Of a stretch of 32,000 nt of DNA, positions 8,055 to 17,973 are shown piece after piece; position 1 is the stretch's first letter; each line of letters begins with the position of its first letter. The position numbers and the translations under genes were made by a program. The DNA comes from Candidatus Pelagibacter ubique HTCC1062. Lineage in GTDB: Bacteria; Pseudomonadota; Alphaproteobacteria; Pelagibacterales; Pelagibacteraceae. The stretch lies in assembly GCF_000012345.1 (NCBI RefSeq), contig NC_007205.1, positions 570,001 through 602,000 of the forward strand, read 5' to 3'. The notes below the pieces were generated by a model, which saw only the letters and a program-made list of their open reading frames with translations, was not told where the DNA came from and searched no databases.

Positions 8055-8857
8055 AAATACTCTTTTTAGGTGATGTAGTTGGTATTTCAGGACGGTCGAT
8101 GGTTTTGAATAATTTGCTATCAAAAATTAAAGATGAAAAAATCGATTTTGTAGTTGTTAATGGTGAGAATGCAGCTGACTCAGGTGCTGGTCTTACAGAG
8201 GAAATATGTAAAGATTTTTTTAACTGTGGTGTAGATGTTATTACAACGGGCAATCATGTGTGGGATCAGAAAGAAACAATGGCTCATATTGAAAAAGAAA
8301 ATCGACTTCTTAGACCTAAAAATTTATTTGAACCATCTCCAGGAAAAGGCTTTGGAATATTTACTGCTAAAAATGAAATGAGAGTAGGAGTACTTAATTT
8401 GATGGGAAATGTTTTTATGAAGAAATGTGAAGATGTATTTGAAGCAGCTGAAAAATTTATGAAAAAATATAAGCTTAAAGAAGATTATGATTTTTTATTA
8501 GTCGATTTTCACGGTGAAATAACAAGTGAAAAGTCAGCTATGGGACATTTTTTTGATGGTAAAGCAACATTGGTTGTTGGAACTCACACACATATTCCAA
8601 CAAATGATACTAGAATTTTAAAAGGTGGTACTGCTTATCAAACTGATGCAGGAATGTGTGGTGATTATGACTCAGTTATTGGAATGAATAAAGATAATTC
8701 AATTAATAGGTTTTTAAAAAAAAAGTCCACAAAACACTTTCCAGCAATTGGTGAAGCTAGTTTATGTGGTGTGATTGTTGAATGTGATGTAGAAACAGGG
8801 TTAGCAAAAACTGTAAAAAATTTTATACATGGAGGAGAATTAAAAAATTCTCAATAA
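8051..8857 (+). CDS. ymdB: YmdB-family metallophosphoesterase (TIGR00282-type 2',3'-cyclic-nucleotide phosphodiesterase)
   Basis: 268-aa ORF colinear with B. subtilis YmdB as I recall it: ILFLGDVVG, VVNGENAA, TTGNHVWD, DFHGEITSEK and GTHTHIPT. ATGA overlap with the preceding gene. Confidence 0.85.
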   Translation: MKILFLGDVVGISGRSMVLNNLLSKIKDEKIDFVVVNGENAADSGAGLTEEICKDFFNCGVDVITTGNHVWDQKETMAHIEKENRLLRPKNLFEPSPGKGFGIFTAKNEMRVGVLNLMGNVFMKKCEDVFEAAEKFMKKYKLKEDYDFLLVDFHGEITSEKSAMGHFFDGKATLVVGTHTHIPTNDTRILKGGTAYQTDAGMCGDYDSVIGMNKDNSINRFLKKKSTKHFPAIGEASLCGVIVECDVETGLAKTVKNFIHGGELKNSQ

Positions 8858-8862
8858 TTATT

Positions 8863-9588
8863 ATGTCGGGTCATTCAAAATGGGCAAGTATAAAACACTC
8901 TAAAGGAAAAGCAGACAAACAAAGATCTAAAGTATTTTCAAAATTATCTAAAGAGATAAGTGTAGCAGCAAAACTAGGTGATAAAGATCCTGCGATGAAC
9001 CCAAGACTTAGATCTGCAATTCAAGCAGCAAAATCAGCCAACATGCCAAAAGATAATATTGAAAGAGCTATTGCCAAATCTTCGGTTAATTCTGAAACAA
9101 ATTATGAAAATTTAAGATATGAAGGATTTGGTCCAGATAAAATAGCCGTAATTGTGGAAGCATTAACTGACAATAAAAACAGAACAGCTTCCAATGTTAG
9201 ATCTATATTTGTAAAAAGTGGTGGTAATTTAGGAACTCAGGGATCTGCTTCACATAACTTTAATCAATTAGGGATTATTAAAATTGATAAAAAAGAAATC
9301 TCAGATGAACAAATTTTTGAACTAGCAATTGAATCTGGTGCAGATGAGTGTATTTCAAATGATGAATTTCATGAAATTCAATGTCCTATGAGTGAAATTT
9401 ATAATGTAAAAAAAAATTTAGAAAAAACAATTGCAAATTTTATTTCAACTGAGATTGAATGGGTTCCTTTAAATAGTGTAGATGTTGAAAAAGATAAAGT
9501 GGAAGCTGCATTAGAGTTTTTAGAAACATTAGAAGATGATGATGATGTTCAAAGTGTTTATTCAAATATAAATTTTAAGAATAACTAA
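8863..9588 (+). CDS. yebC: YebC/PmpR family DNA-binding transcriptional regulator
   Basis: 241-aa ORF beginning MSGHSKWASIKHSKG, with the YEGFGP motif. This is the diagnostic YebC family N-terminus. Confidence 0.93.
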   Translation: MSGHSKWASIKHSKGKADKQRSKVFSKLSKEISVAAKLGDKDPAMNPRLRSAIQAAKSANMPKDNIERAIAKSSVNSETNYENLRYEGFGPDKIAVIVEALTDNKNRTASNVRSIFVKSGGNLGTQGSASHNFNQLGIIKIDKKEISDEQIFELAIESGADECISNDEFHEIQCPMSEIYNVKKNLEKTIANFISTEIEWVPLNSVDVEKDKVEAALEFLETLEDDDDVQSVYSNINFKNN

Positions 9589-10082
9589 TGCTTATTATTG
9601 GAATAGACCCAGGCATAACAGGTTCTATTTGTTTTTTTCAAGATGGTAAAATAACTGATGTTATTGAAATGCCCAATATGCCTGAAGGGAAAAAAAATAA
9701 AAAACAAGTTAATGGTGCTCAAATTTATTACGAAATTTCTTCAAGAATTAAGGATATAAAAAAGGAAGATATCAAAGTTATAATTGAACAAGTATCAGCT
9801 ATGCCAGGTCAAGGTGTGACTAGTATGTTTAATTTTGGACAATCGTTTGGTATTTTGAAAGGAATTTGTTCTGCAATGCAATTACCAATGTATTTTGTAA
9901 GACCGACAAAATGGAAAAAGTATTTTAACCTTATTAATTCAGAAAAAGACGCTAGTAGAACAAAAGCAATAGAGGTATTTCCTTATTTTTCATCAGAGTT
10001 ATCAAGAAAAAAAGACTCAAATAAAGCTGATGCGATATTGATTGCTAGCTTTTATTACGAAACTTATAAACTAGAAGAATAA
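9588..10082 (+). CDS. RuvC-like Holliday junction resolvase (atypical)
   Basis: 164-aa ORF in the ruvC position after yebC. It has IGIDPG (Asp7), IIEQV (Glu67) and DSNKADAILIA (Asp143/Asp148), consistent with the RuvC/RNase H-like catalytic set. The intervening sequence differs from canonical RuvC (see findings). Confidence 0.7.
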   Translation: MLIIGIDPGITGSICFFQDGKITDVIEMPNMPEGKKNKKQVNGAQIYYEISSRIKDIKKEDIKVIIEQVSAMPGQGVTSMFNFGQSFGILKGICSAMQLPMYFVRPTKWKKYFNLINSEKDASRTKAIEVFPYFSSELSRKKDSNKADAILIASFYYETYKLEE

Positions 10083-10135
10083 ATAAAGACTTTAAAAGTC
10101 AAATTCATGACACATTTAAGTGTGAAACCTTCAAT

Positions 10136-10810
10136 ATGGAAGCTGACATTACATCTCAAGCAGTAGGCCTTGCCTCAAATACTGATTTTTCCTTGTGGAG
10201 TTTATTTTTAAGGGCAGATTTTATTGTAAAGTCAGTAATACTTATGTTGATTGGCTGCTCTATATATTCATGGGCTGTTATTATTGAAAAATTTAGACTG
10301 TTTAAAAAAATTAATTTAGAGTCTGAGGAATTTGAAGAAAAATTTTGGAAATCAAAATCAGCCGAATCTTTTTACAATAGTTTGCCAGCTGATGTAGAGA
10401 ACCCTACGGCTTTGTTGTTTAAAGATACAATGCAAAGTTTATTAAAAGCCAAGAGTAAAACTAACCTAAATGAAAGAATAGCAAGCATACTTGAGGTTAA
10501 TATTGAAAAACAAATTTCAAAAATAGACAAAGGTTTTACTTTTTTAGCAACAGTTGGTTCGACAGCACCTTTTATAGGTTTGTTTGGAACTGTATGGGGA
10601 ATAATGAACTCATTCCAATCTATAGCAATCTCAAGAAATACAAGTTTGGCAATTGTAGCGCCAGGAATAGCTGAAGCCTTATTTGCAACTGCTCTTGGAT
10701 TATTAGCTGCAATACCTGCAGTTGTTGCTTATAATAAATTTAATAACGACTCAAAAAAATATTCACAAAGATTAGAAAATTTTTCTAAAAGATTTTTATC
10801 AATAATATAA
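10136..10810 (+). CDS. tolQ: Tol-Pal system protein TolQ
   Basis: 224-aa ORF of the MotA/TolQ/ExbB type with three hydrophobic segments and the motif TAPFIGLFGTVWGIM. It is followed by tolR-tolA-tolB-pal. Confidence 0.9.
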   Translation: MEADITSQAVGLASNTDFSLWSLFLRADFIVKSVILMLIGCSIYSWAVIIEKFRLFKKINLESEEFEEKFWKSKSAESFYNSLPADVENPTALLFKDTMQSLLKAKSKTNLNERIASILEVNIEKQISKIDKGFTFLATVGSTAPFIGLFGTVWGIMNSFQSIAISRNTSLAIVAPGIAEALFATALGLLAAIPAVVAYNKFNNDSKKYSQRLENFSKRFLSII

Positions 10811-10811
10811 A

Positions 10812-11228
10812 ATGGCTTTTAATCTCAAACGTTCATCAAAAGAGCCTATGAGTGAAATAAATGTTACTCCATTTGTTGATGTAATGTTGGTGTTATTAAT
10901 TATATTTATGGTAACAGCACCATTATTAACAGTTGGAATACAAGTTGATCTACCCGAAAGCTCTGCTGACTCATTACCTGAAGAATTAGAACCATTAACA
11001 TTATCTATAAACTCTAAAGGTGAAATATTTATTCAAGAATCTAAAGTTGAGTATGATAAAATTATTGCAAAGATTTTAGCTGTATCTAAAAATAGAACAG
11101 ACACTAGAATTTATGTTCGAGGAGATAAATCGATCAACTATGGTAGAGTTTTAGAAATAATGGGAATGCTATCTGGCTCTGGCTTTACCAAAGTAGCATT
11201 AATTTCTGAGCCATATAAAGAGAGGTAA
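10812..11228 (+). CDS. tolR: Tol-Pal system protein TolR (ExbD/TolR family)
   Basis: 138-aa ORF with EINVTPFVDVMLVLLIIFM, the conserved Asp-containing TM helix of ExbD/TolR. Operon context supports the call. Confidence 0.9.
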   Translation: MAFNLKRSSKEPMSEINVTPFVDVMLVLLIIFMVTAPLLTVGIQVDLPESSADSLPEELEPLTLSINSKGEIFIQESKVEYDKIIAKILAVSKNRTDTRIYVRGDKSINYGRVLEIMGMLSGSGFTKVALISEPYKER

Positions 11229-11233
11229 CTAAA

Positions 11234-12043
11234 GTGAATAGAAATATTGTTATTTCTTTTGGGCTTCATATATTTCTTGTGGTAATCACAGCTATGAGCT
11301 TACCATTCCTTGCTAAAAAACCGATTGATCTTCCTCCGATTATATCAGTTGAGTTGATTCAAATCACAGACAAAACTAATATTCCTTTTGCACCAAAAGC
11401 AAAAAAAATAATAGAGAAAGTTAAAGAAAAAGAAAAAAAATTAGTTTCTGAACAGGCACCACCAAAAAAAATAAAAAAACAAAAGCCAGATGCTGTGCCA
11501 TTGCCAGATGAAAAAATAGAAAAAATAAAGAAAATTAAAGATGAAAAACAAAACCCTGAAAAAGAAGAAACAGAAATTAAACAAATTTCAGAGTTTGAAA
11601 AAAAAGAACTATTTGACACTAATAGTATTGCTGCATTAATTGATAAATCTAAGACTGAGAGTGCAGAAACAAATAAAAAATCTAATAAAGTTACCCAAGA
11701 TCAGGATAAAGATATGGATTTTTCTGGATTAACTTTAAGTGAAGAAGATGCTCTAAAAGCTCAAATTTTTGGTTGTTGGAGTATTCCTCTAGGGTTGCCG
11801 TTTAACGAAGATTTATTAGTTAGAATTAAGTTACAATTAAAGCCAGATGGTTCTATTATAAAAACAGAGATTCTTGATCATGCTAGAATGAATAGGCCTG
11901 GACAGGGATTTTATAAAGTGTTAGCTGAAAGTGCATTAAGAGCTATAAAACTTTGCCAACCTCTTAGAGTGCCTAGTACAGGTTATGAAAGATGGAAAGA
12001 TATGCAGCTAAACTTTGATGCTAGAGAAATGTTAGAAGGATAA
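11234..12043 (+). CDS. tolA: TolA-like protein
   Basis: 269-aa ORF with a GTG start. It has an N-terminal TM anchor, a K/E/P-rich low-complexity linker and a C-terminal TolA/TonB-like globular domain. It sits between tolR and tolB. An SD-like GAGAGG lies upstream. Confidence 0.75.
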   Translation: MNRNIVISFGLHIFLVVITAMSLPFLAKKPIDLPPIISVELIQITDKTNIPFAPKAKKIIEKVKEKEKKLVSEQAPPKKIKKQKPDAVPLPDEKIEKIKKIKDEKQNPEKEETEIKQISEFEKKELFDTNSIAALIDKSKTESAETNKKSNKVTQDQDKDMDFSGLTLSEEDALKAQIFGCWSIPLGLPFNEDLLVRIKLQLKPDGSIIKTEILDHARMNRPGQGFYKVLAESALRAIKLCQPLRVPSTGYERWKDMQLNFDAREMLEG

Positions 12044-12045
12044 AA

Positions 12046-13386
12046 ATGTTATTAAGATATTTATTTATATTATTTATTATTATTCCCATTAAAGCTTTTG
12101 CTTTAATTGAAGTTGATATTACTAGAGGAAATTTAAATCCTTTACCAGTTGCTGTATCCCCTTTATCAATAGATAATAAATCAAAAGAAAATTTTAAAAA
12201 AATTTTAAAACAAGAAGACTTAGGATCAGAAATTTCAATAGTTGTTGAAAATAATTTAAGACAATCTGGTCTATTTAATCCACTAGACAAAAATGCATTT
12301 CTTCAAGAACCAGATGTAGCTAATTTAAAACCAAGGTTTGAGGATTGGAATTTAATTAAAGCACAAGCTTTAGTAACAGGCAAGGTTACATTTGTAGATG
12401 AAAAGCTAAGAGTAGAATTTAGATTGTGGGATGTTTTAGCTGGAAAAGAAATGATGGCCTTGGCATTTACCACTGTTCCTAGTAACTGGAGAAGAGTAGG
12501 TCACATTATTACAGATAAGGTGTATGAACGCTTAACTGGAGAAAAAGGTTATTTTGATACTAGAATAATATATGTTTCTGAGGAAGGTCCTAAAACTAAA
12601 AGAATAAAAAAATTAGCAATAATGGACCAAGATGGCTTTAATAATAAATATTTAACACTTGGAAATGAATTAGTTTTAACACCAAGATTTAGCCCAACAA
12701 ATCAGATGGTCACATATCTTTCTTATTTTAGAAATTTACCTAGGGTATATTTATTAGATATTGAAACTGGAATGCAAGAAGTAGTTGGAGATTTTCCTGG
12801 AATGACATTTGCCCCAAGGTTTTCACCTGATGGAAAAAAAATTATAATGAGTTTTGCTAAAGATGGCAATTCTGATATTTATACTATGGATCTTGAAAAC
12901 AGAATTGTTGAAAGAATTACCAATCATCCATCAATTGATACATCACCCTCTTACTCACCAGATGGAAAAAAAATTACTTTTAACTCAGACAGAAGTGGCT
13001 ACCAACAAATTTATGTAATGGATAGTAATGGAAAAAATGTTAAGAGAATCTCATTTGGGAATGGCTTGTATGGAACTCCAGTTTGGTCTCCAAGAGGTGA
13101 TTTAATTGCATTTACAAAGCTTCATAAAGGAAAATTTTATATAGGAGTAATGAGAACAGATGGAACTGGTGAAAGACTGCTAACAGAGAACTTTTATCAA
13201 GAAGCTCCATCATGGTCACCAAATGGAAGGGTTCTTATCTTTTATAGAGAAACTAAGACTAACTCTAAAGGAGAAGGATTTTCAGCCAAATTATGGTCTA
13301 TTGATTTAACAGGGTACAATGAAAAGATGGTTGAAACCGAAACTGATGCTTCTGACCCATCTTGGTCGTCTTTATTAAGCAATTAG
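12046..13386 (+). CDS. tolB: Tol-Pal system beta-propeller protein TolB
   Basis: 446-aa ORF with a signal peptide and repeated propeller motifs ([38 protein letters not shown]). An AAGGA SD lies upstream. Confidence 0.93.
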   Translation: MLLRYLFILFIIIPIKAFALIEVDITRGNLNPLPVAVSPLSIDNKSKENFKKILKQEDLGSEISIVVENNLRQSGLFNPLDKNAFLQEPDVANLKPRFEDWNLIKAQALVTGKVTFVDEKLRVEFRLWDVLAGKEMMALAFTTVPSNWRRVGHIITDKVYERLTGEKGYFDTRIIYVSEEGPKTKRIKKLAIMDQDGFNNKYLTLGNELVLTPRFSPTNQMVTYLSYFRNLPRVYLLDIETGMQEVVGDFPGMTFAPRFSPDGKKIIMSFAKDGNSDIYTMDLENRIVERITNHPSIDTSPSYSPDGKKITFNSDRSGYQQIYVMDSNGKNVKRISFGNGLYGTPVWSPRGDLIAFTKLHKGKFYIGVMRTDGTGERLLTENFYQEAPSWSPNGRVLIFYRETKTNSKGEGFSAKLWSIDLTGYNEKMVETETDASDPSWSSLLSN

Positions 13387-13463
13387 TCTTAATTTTACTT
13401 GATTTTTAACTTGAAAGGTCTAATTAAATATGAAAAATATAAAGTATTACAAAACAAGGATCA

Positions 13464-13468
13464 AGGAG
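13464..13468 (+). promoter_or_regulatory. Shine-Dalgarno sequence (AGGAG) for pal
   Basis: AGGAG lies 5 nt upstream of the ATG at 13474. Most other genes I inspected here lack a recognisable SD. Confidence 0.5.
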
Positions 13469-13473
13469 CAACA

Positions 13474-13953
13474 ATGAACTTAAGCAAGATTTTAAAAAAT
13501 GGATTTCTAATTATTTTAGCAAGTTTAGTATTAACTGCTTGTGCTACAAAAAAAACAACAACAGGACAAATGCAAGGTGATGTTTATACAGGAACAGATT
13601 CTGTTGAATATTTAGCTTCTGGTGTTCCAGATAGAGTTTTCTTTGCAACAAATGAAACTGTACTTACAACAGCTTCACGAGAAACTTTAAGAAAACAAGC
13701 TGCATGGTTAAGAAAAAATTCAGATATTAACGTTGTATTAGAAGGTCATGCTGATGAAAGAGGTACAAGAGAGTACAACTTAGCATTAGGTGAAAGAAGA
13801 GCTAATTCAGCAAAAGACTATTTAATGACATATGGAATTTCTTCAGAGAGAATTTCTGTATTAAGTTATGGTAAAGAGAGACCAGTAGATTCTGGATCTA
13901 ACCCTTTAGCATGGTCTAAAAATAGAAGATCAGTTACTGTTAAAGCGAACTAA
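13474..13953 (+). CDS. pal: Peptidoglycan-associated lipoprotein Pal (OmpA family)
   Basis: Start chosen at ATG 13474 (the ORF-track TTG at 13399 is rejected). This gives MNLSKILKNGFLIILASLVLTAC with a lipobox (LTAC), followed by an OmpA-like domain (LEGHADERGTREYNLALGERRA). Confidence 0.9.
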   Translation: MNLSKILKNGFLIILASLVLTACATKKTTTGQMQGDVYTGTDSVEYLASGVPDRVFFATNETVLTTASRETLRKQAAWLRKNSDINVVLEGHADERGTREYNLALGERRANSAKDYLMTYGISSERISVLSYGKERPVDSGSNPLAWSKNRRSVTVKAN

Positions 13954-13972
13954 TCAATTTAATAAATTATAA

Positions 13973-14009
13973 AAGACCCTATCACATTTGTGAATAGGGT
14001 CTTTTTTTT
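13973..14009 (+). terminator. Rho-independent terminator downstream of pal
   Basis: AGACCCTAT (13974-13982) pairs with ATAGGGTCT (13994-14002). The stem has an inner CAC/GTG extension and is followed by a run of 8 T (14002-14009). Confidence 0.8.
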
Positions 14010-14039
14010 GCCATCATTATAATTACTACTCAATTTATT

Positions 14040-15014
14040 ATGTTTAATTATAAAAAAATAATTCGATTAAAATTAATATTAGTCTTTATATTTTTTCCAA
14101 ATATTATTTTTGCTGACAATCATAATGTAAATGAAATTTTAGAGTTAATTCAAAAAGATTTAAAAACCCTGGAAAAAGCTGTTTACTCAGGGTCAATTAA
14201 TTCAAATAGTCAAACAGGCACAAACGAAAACTCTGAGGATGTTTTAACAAGACATCTTCTAAAATTGTCTGATGTTGAAAAACAATTTCAAGAACTGACT
14301 AATAAGTTTGAAGAAATTAATTTCAAGTTAGATAAATTATCAAATAGGCTTTCTAAGGTTCAAGCAGACAACCAAATTAGATTTCAAGATCTGGAAAATG
14401 CTTTATCATCTGGAGAAATTGGAAAAAAATTAACTTCAATACCAAAGGAACAAGTAGACAAAACTTTACCAGGCTCTTCACAACCTCAAGACTTAGGGTC
14501 TATTTCATATAAAGATACAGAAAGTGAAGAAACTAGTCAGCAAATACAATCAGTAGAAACTACTGCATCAATAGTGACAGAAAACTTTGAATCAGAAAAA
14601 AATATACTTCCAAATGCTACTCCAGAAAAACAATATGAATTTGCAACTAGTTTTTTAAAGGTAGGTGATTACAGCACTGCAGAGAGAGCTTTTAGAGAAT
14701 TTGTGATAAATAATTCAGAGCATAAATTGGCAGGTAATGCTCAATATTGGTATGCTGAAACGTTTAGAATAAGACAGCTTTATACAGATGCAGCTACTGC
14801 TTATCTTGAAGGATATCAAAAATATCCAAAAGGTGAGAAGGCTCCTATAAATTTATTAAAACTTGGTGTATCAATGGTTCAAATAGGAGAAAAAGAGCAA
14901 GGTTGTAAAATGATTGTGGGGGTTGAAGAGCAATATCCTAAAGCAAATCAATCTGTGCTTCAAAAAGCAAAATATGAATCAAAAAAGTTTGAGTGTTCAA
15001 AACAAAACTCATAA
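14040..15014 (+). CDS. cpoB: Tol-Pal associated cell division coordinator CpoB (YbgF)
   Basis: 324-aa ORF with a signal peptide, an N-terminal coiled coil and a C-terminal TPR-like region (AQYWYAETF..., YPKGEKAPINLLKLG). It occupies the canonical position after pal. Confidence 0.8.
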   Translation: MFNYKKIIRLKLILVFIFFPNIIFADNHNVNEILELIQKDLKTLEKAVYSGSINSNSQTGTNENSEDVLTRHLLKLSDVEKQFQELTNKFEEINFKLDKLSNRLSKVQADNQIRFQDLENALSSGEIGKKLTSIPKEQVDKTLPGSSQPQDLGSISYKDTESEETSQQIQSVETTASIVTENFESEKNILPNATPEKQYEFATSFLKVGDYSTAERAFREFVINNSEHKLAGNAQYWYAETFRIRQLYTDAATAYLEGYQKYPKGEKAPINLLKLGVSMVQIGEKEQGCKMIVGVEEQYPKANQSVLQKAKYESKKFECSKQNS

Positions 15015-16029
15015 ACAAATTCTTAGTTTTTTAAAAGATCGAAAAATCTCAAAGGTTTATAGTGAATTCTCTTCCTCTTTAAATTCTGAGGAAAATTTAG
15101 CAGTAGCAGTTTCGGGTGGACCCGATAGTTTAGCATTGGCTTACTTGGCTAAATGCTATTCAATAAAAAATAAAATAAAAGTTAAATTTTTTTTAGTTGA
15201 TCATAGACTTAGAAATGAGTCGACAAAGGAAGCAACGTTAGTAAAAAAAATTTTACAAAAAATTGGTATTACATGCAAAGTATTAATCTGGAAAGGTAAA
15301 AAACCTTCTAGAAATATTCAATCTTTAGCAAGGGAAGCAAGATATTCTTTACTATCAAAAGAATGTAAAAAAAATAATATTAAGTACTTATTATTAGGAC
15401 ATCATTCAAATGATTTAGTTGAAAATTTTTTAATTAGAGTGGTTAGAGGGAGCGGACTAAATGGATTGGTATCTTTTAACAAAAGTGTGAAATATAAAGA
15501 TGAAGATCTAAATATTTTAAGACCATTACTTAACTTAGAAAAAAATGATTTAATCAATATTTCTAAAATAGTATTTAAATTTTTTATAAAAGATCCATCC
15601 AATATTAACGAGATATATAAAAGAACAAGAATTAGAACTTTATTAGAATTTCTTGCAAAAGAGGGATTGGACTTAAAAAAACTAAAATTAACCATAGATA
15701 ATTTAAGAGACTCAGACAAATCAATTAAGTTTTATGTTAACAAAAATTTGAAGGATAATTCTACACATATTAAAACAAAAGATACTTATATTTTAAGTCA
15801 TAATTTTTTTGATCAATCGCATGAAGTTGTTTTTAGATCTTTGACATTTGTTATTCAAAAAATAGGAAAAAAATACTATCCTGTTAGAGGAAAAAGTATC
15901 AACGAACTGATTAACCGAATTATCCTAAAGACATTTTCAAAAATAACTTTAGGAGGTTGTTTTGTTGAAAGAGTTAATGAGACCATATTAATTTCAAGGG
16001 AAAACACTAATAAAGTTAAGGTTTTGTAA
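14974..16029 (+). CDS. tilS: tRNA(Ile)-lysidine synthase
   Basis: PP-loop motif AVSGGPDSLAL, then GHHSNDLVENFLIR. The start is placed at ATG 14974, which overlaps cpoB by 41 nt; the ORF-track start at 14914 would overlap by 101 nt. Short-form TilS of about 352 aa. Confidence 0.85.
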   Translation: MNQKSLSVQNKTHKQILSFLKDRKISKVYSEFSSSLNSEENLAVAVSGGPDSLALAYLAKCYSIKNKIKVKFFLVDHRLRNESTKEATLVKKILQKIGITCKVLIWKGKKPSRNIQSLAREARYSLLSKECKKNNIKYLLLGHHSNDLVENFLIRVVRGSGLNGLVSFNKSVKYKDEDLNILRPLLNLEKNDLINISKIVFKFFIKDPSNINEIYKRTRIRTLLEFLAKEGLDLKKLKLTIDNLRDSDKSIKFYVNKNLKDNSTHIKTKDTYILSHNFFDQSHEVVFRSLTFVIQKIGKKYYPVRGKSINELINRIILKTFSKITLGGCFVERVNETILISRENTNKVKVL

Positions 16030-16033
16030 CAAT

Positions 16034-16062
16034 TTGACACTTGTTTAATTAATAATAATTAT
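16034..16062 (+). promoter_or_regulatory. Candidate sigma-70 promoter for ftsH
   Basis: A perfect -35 TTGACA (16034-16039) is followed after 17 nt by AATTAT (16057-16062). This would give a leader of only a few nt. AT-rich sequence makes -10-like hexamers common, so support is weak. Confidence 0.3.
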
Positions 16063-16074
16063 TATCTTATAAGT

Positions 16075-17967
16075 ATGAATATGAAGAATTTAGCAATGTG
16101 GGCAGTAATTGTTTTTCTAACAATAGGCCTTTATAATATGTTTAAGAACCCTCAAGCTAATGTGGGCAAAGGTAATTCTATTATATTTTCAGAATTTTTA
16201 TCAGAAGTTGATAATGGTGGAGTTATAAAAGTTGATATTCAAGGAAACAATATTAGAGGAGTATTAGCTAATGGAAATACTTTTTCTACTTATTCACCGA
16301 ATTATCCAAATTTAATTGAGAAGCTATCTGAAAAAGGGGTAAGTATATCAGCTGCTCCTTTAGAAGATAAGATGCCGTCTTTGTTTGGTGTTTTATTGTC
16401 GTGGTTTCCGATGTTGTTACTAATCGCTGTTTGGATTTTCTTTATGAGACAGATGCAGGGTGGCAAAGGTGGAGCCATGGGTTTTGGAAAATCTAAGGCA
16501 AAGATGATGAATGAATTAAAAGGTAAAGTTACTTTTGATGATGTCGCTGGAGTAGAAGAGGCTAAAGAAGAGGTAGAAGAAGTTGTTCAATTTTTAAAAG
16601 ACCCTAAAAAGTTTAGTAGACTTGGTGGAAAAATACCAAGAGGATGTTTGTTAGTTGGTCAACCTGGAACAGGTAAAACTTTACTTGCTAGAGCTATAGC
16701 TGGGGAAGCAGGAGTTCCGTTCTTTACAATATCAGGATCAGATTTTGTTGAAATGTTCGTGGGTGTTGGAGCCTCAAGAGTTAGAGACATGTTTGAACAA
16801 GGTAAAAAAAATTCACCCTGTATTATTTTTATAGATGAGATAGATGCTGTTGGAAGAAGCAGAGGTGCTGGTCTTGGAGGAGGTAACGATGAAAGAGAGC
16901 AAACTTTAAACCAGTTATTAGTTGAAATGGACGGCTTTGATACGAATGAAGGTGTAATAATTATTGCCGCTACAAATAGACCTGATGTATTAGACCCAGC
17001 ATTATTACGACCAGGTAGATTTGATAGACAGGTAGTTGTTGGACTTCCAGATATAATAGGAAGAGAAAAAGTATTAAAAGTTCATGTTAAAAAAATTAAA
17101 ATGGCACCTGATGTAAATTTAAGAACAGTAGCTAGAGGAACCCCAGGTTTTTCAGGTGCAGATTTAGCAAATATAGTTAATGAAGCGGCATTACTTGCTG
17201 CAAGAAAAAATAAAAGACTAGTTACTCTAACTGAGTTTGAAGAAGCAAGAGATAAAGTGATGATGGGATCAGAAAGAAGATCCATGGTCATGACAGAAGA
17301 AGAAAAAACATTAACAGCTTACCACGAAGCTGGACATGCAATAGTAACTATTAATGAGGATGCGGCTCATCCAATTCATAAGGCAACAATCATTCCGAGA
17401 GGTCGTGCTTTAGGAATGGTTATGCAACTACCTGAGAGAGATCAGCTATCTCAAACAAGAGAACAGCTTCATGCTCAATTAGCTATAGCTATGGGTGGAA
17501 GAGTAGCAGAAGAAATCATATTTGGAGAAGATAAAGTTACAACTGGTGCATCTAGTGATATTGAACAAGCAACTCAAAGAGCAAGAGCTATGGTAATGCA
17601 AGCAGGCCTTAGTAAAGAGTTGGGACCAGTTGCCTATGGTTCGAATGAAGAAGAGGTATTTTTAGGAAGGTCTGTTGCGAGAACTCAAAATATGTCTGAA
17701 GAAACCTCAAGGAAAGTAGACTCAGAAATTAGAAAAATTGTAGATAAAGGTTATGAAAGAGCAAGAACAGTTTTAACTGAAAAAATTGACGATCTACATA
17801 AATTAGCTAAAGCTCTCTTAACATATGAAACACTTACAGGTGAAGAAATTGAAAACCTGATAAATAAAAATATATATCCAAGTAATAAAGAGGATTTAAA
17901 AGTTGAAGATGAAGATAAAGGTTCAGCTTTAAGTTCAATGGGTCTTAAGCCGAAAATAGTTCATTAA
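16075..17967 (+). CDS. ftsH: ATP-dependent zinc metalloprotease FtsH
   Basis: 630-aa ORF with two N-terminal TM segments, Walker [12 protein letters not shown], Walker [10 protein letters not shown], the SRH region and the zinc motif HEAGHA. Confidence 0.97.
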   Translation: MNMKNLAMWAVIVFLTIGLYNMFKNPQANVGKGNSIIFSEFLSEVDNGGVIKVDIQGNNIRGVLANGNTFSTYSPNYPNLIEKLSEKGVSISAAPLEDKMPSLFGVLLSWFPMLLLIAVWIFFMRQMQGGKGGAMGFGKSKAKMMNELKGKVTFDDVAGVEEAKEEVEEVVQFLKDPKKFSRLGGKIPRGCLLVGQPGTGKTLLARAIAGEAGVPFFTISGSDFVEMFVGVGASRVRDMFEQGKKNSPCIIFIDEIDAVGRSRGAGLGGGNDEREQTLNQLLVEMDGFDTNEGVIIIAATNRPDVLDPALLRPGRFDRQVVVGLPDIIGREKVLKVHVKKIKMAPDVNLRTVARGTPGFSGADLANIVNEAALLAARKNKRLVTLTEFEEARDKVMMGSERRSMVMTEEEKTLTAYHEAGHAIVTINEDAAHPIHKATIIPRGRALGMVMQLPERDQLSQTREQLHAQLAIAMGGRVAEEIIFGEDKVTTGASSDIEQATQRARAMVMQAGLSKELGPVAYGSNEEEVFLGRSVARTQNMSEETSRKVDSEIRKIVDKGYERARTVLTEKIDDLHKLAKALLTYETLTGEEIENLINKNIYPSNKEDLKVEDEDKGSALSSMGLKPKIVH

Positions 17968-17973
17968 TACTAA

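Noticed and set aside
10088-10100. Palindrome GACTTTAAAAGTC just after the ruvC-like stop, and a nearby ACAC...GTGT pair upstream of tolQ.
   Set aside because: The 6-bp arms flank a 1-nt centre, so they cannot form a hairpin. No T-run follows. It could be a protein-binding site, but a 13-nt AT-rich palindrome is weak evidence by itself.
11400-11620. Repetitive A/G-rich DNA that looks like a tandem repeat.
   Set aside because: It is the K/E/P-rich low-complexity linker of TolA, a normal feature of that protein. It has no regular repeat unit or spacers.
13399-13445. Possible pal promoter in the 87-nt tolB-pal spacer (TTGATT or TTGAAA followed by A/T-rich -10-like hexamers).
   Set aside because: Several alternative registers fit about equally poorly, and such hexamers are common in AT-rich DNA. 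It is not supportable as a feature without transcript mapping.
13399-13473. Upstream extension of the pal ORF from a TTG at 13399.
   Set aside because: ATG 13474 is preceded by a strong AGGAG SD and yields a proper lipoprotein signal peptide with the LTAC lipobox. The 25 extra residues would bury the signal peptide.
14914-14973. Longer tilS start at 14914, overlapping cpoB by 101 nt.
   Set aside because: The internal ATG at 14974 already leaves an unusually long N-terminus before the PP-loop. The further extension has no TilS-like features.
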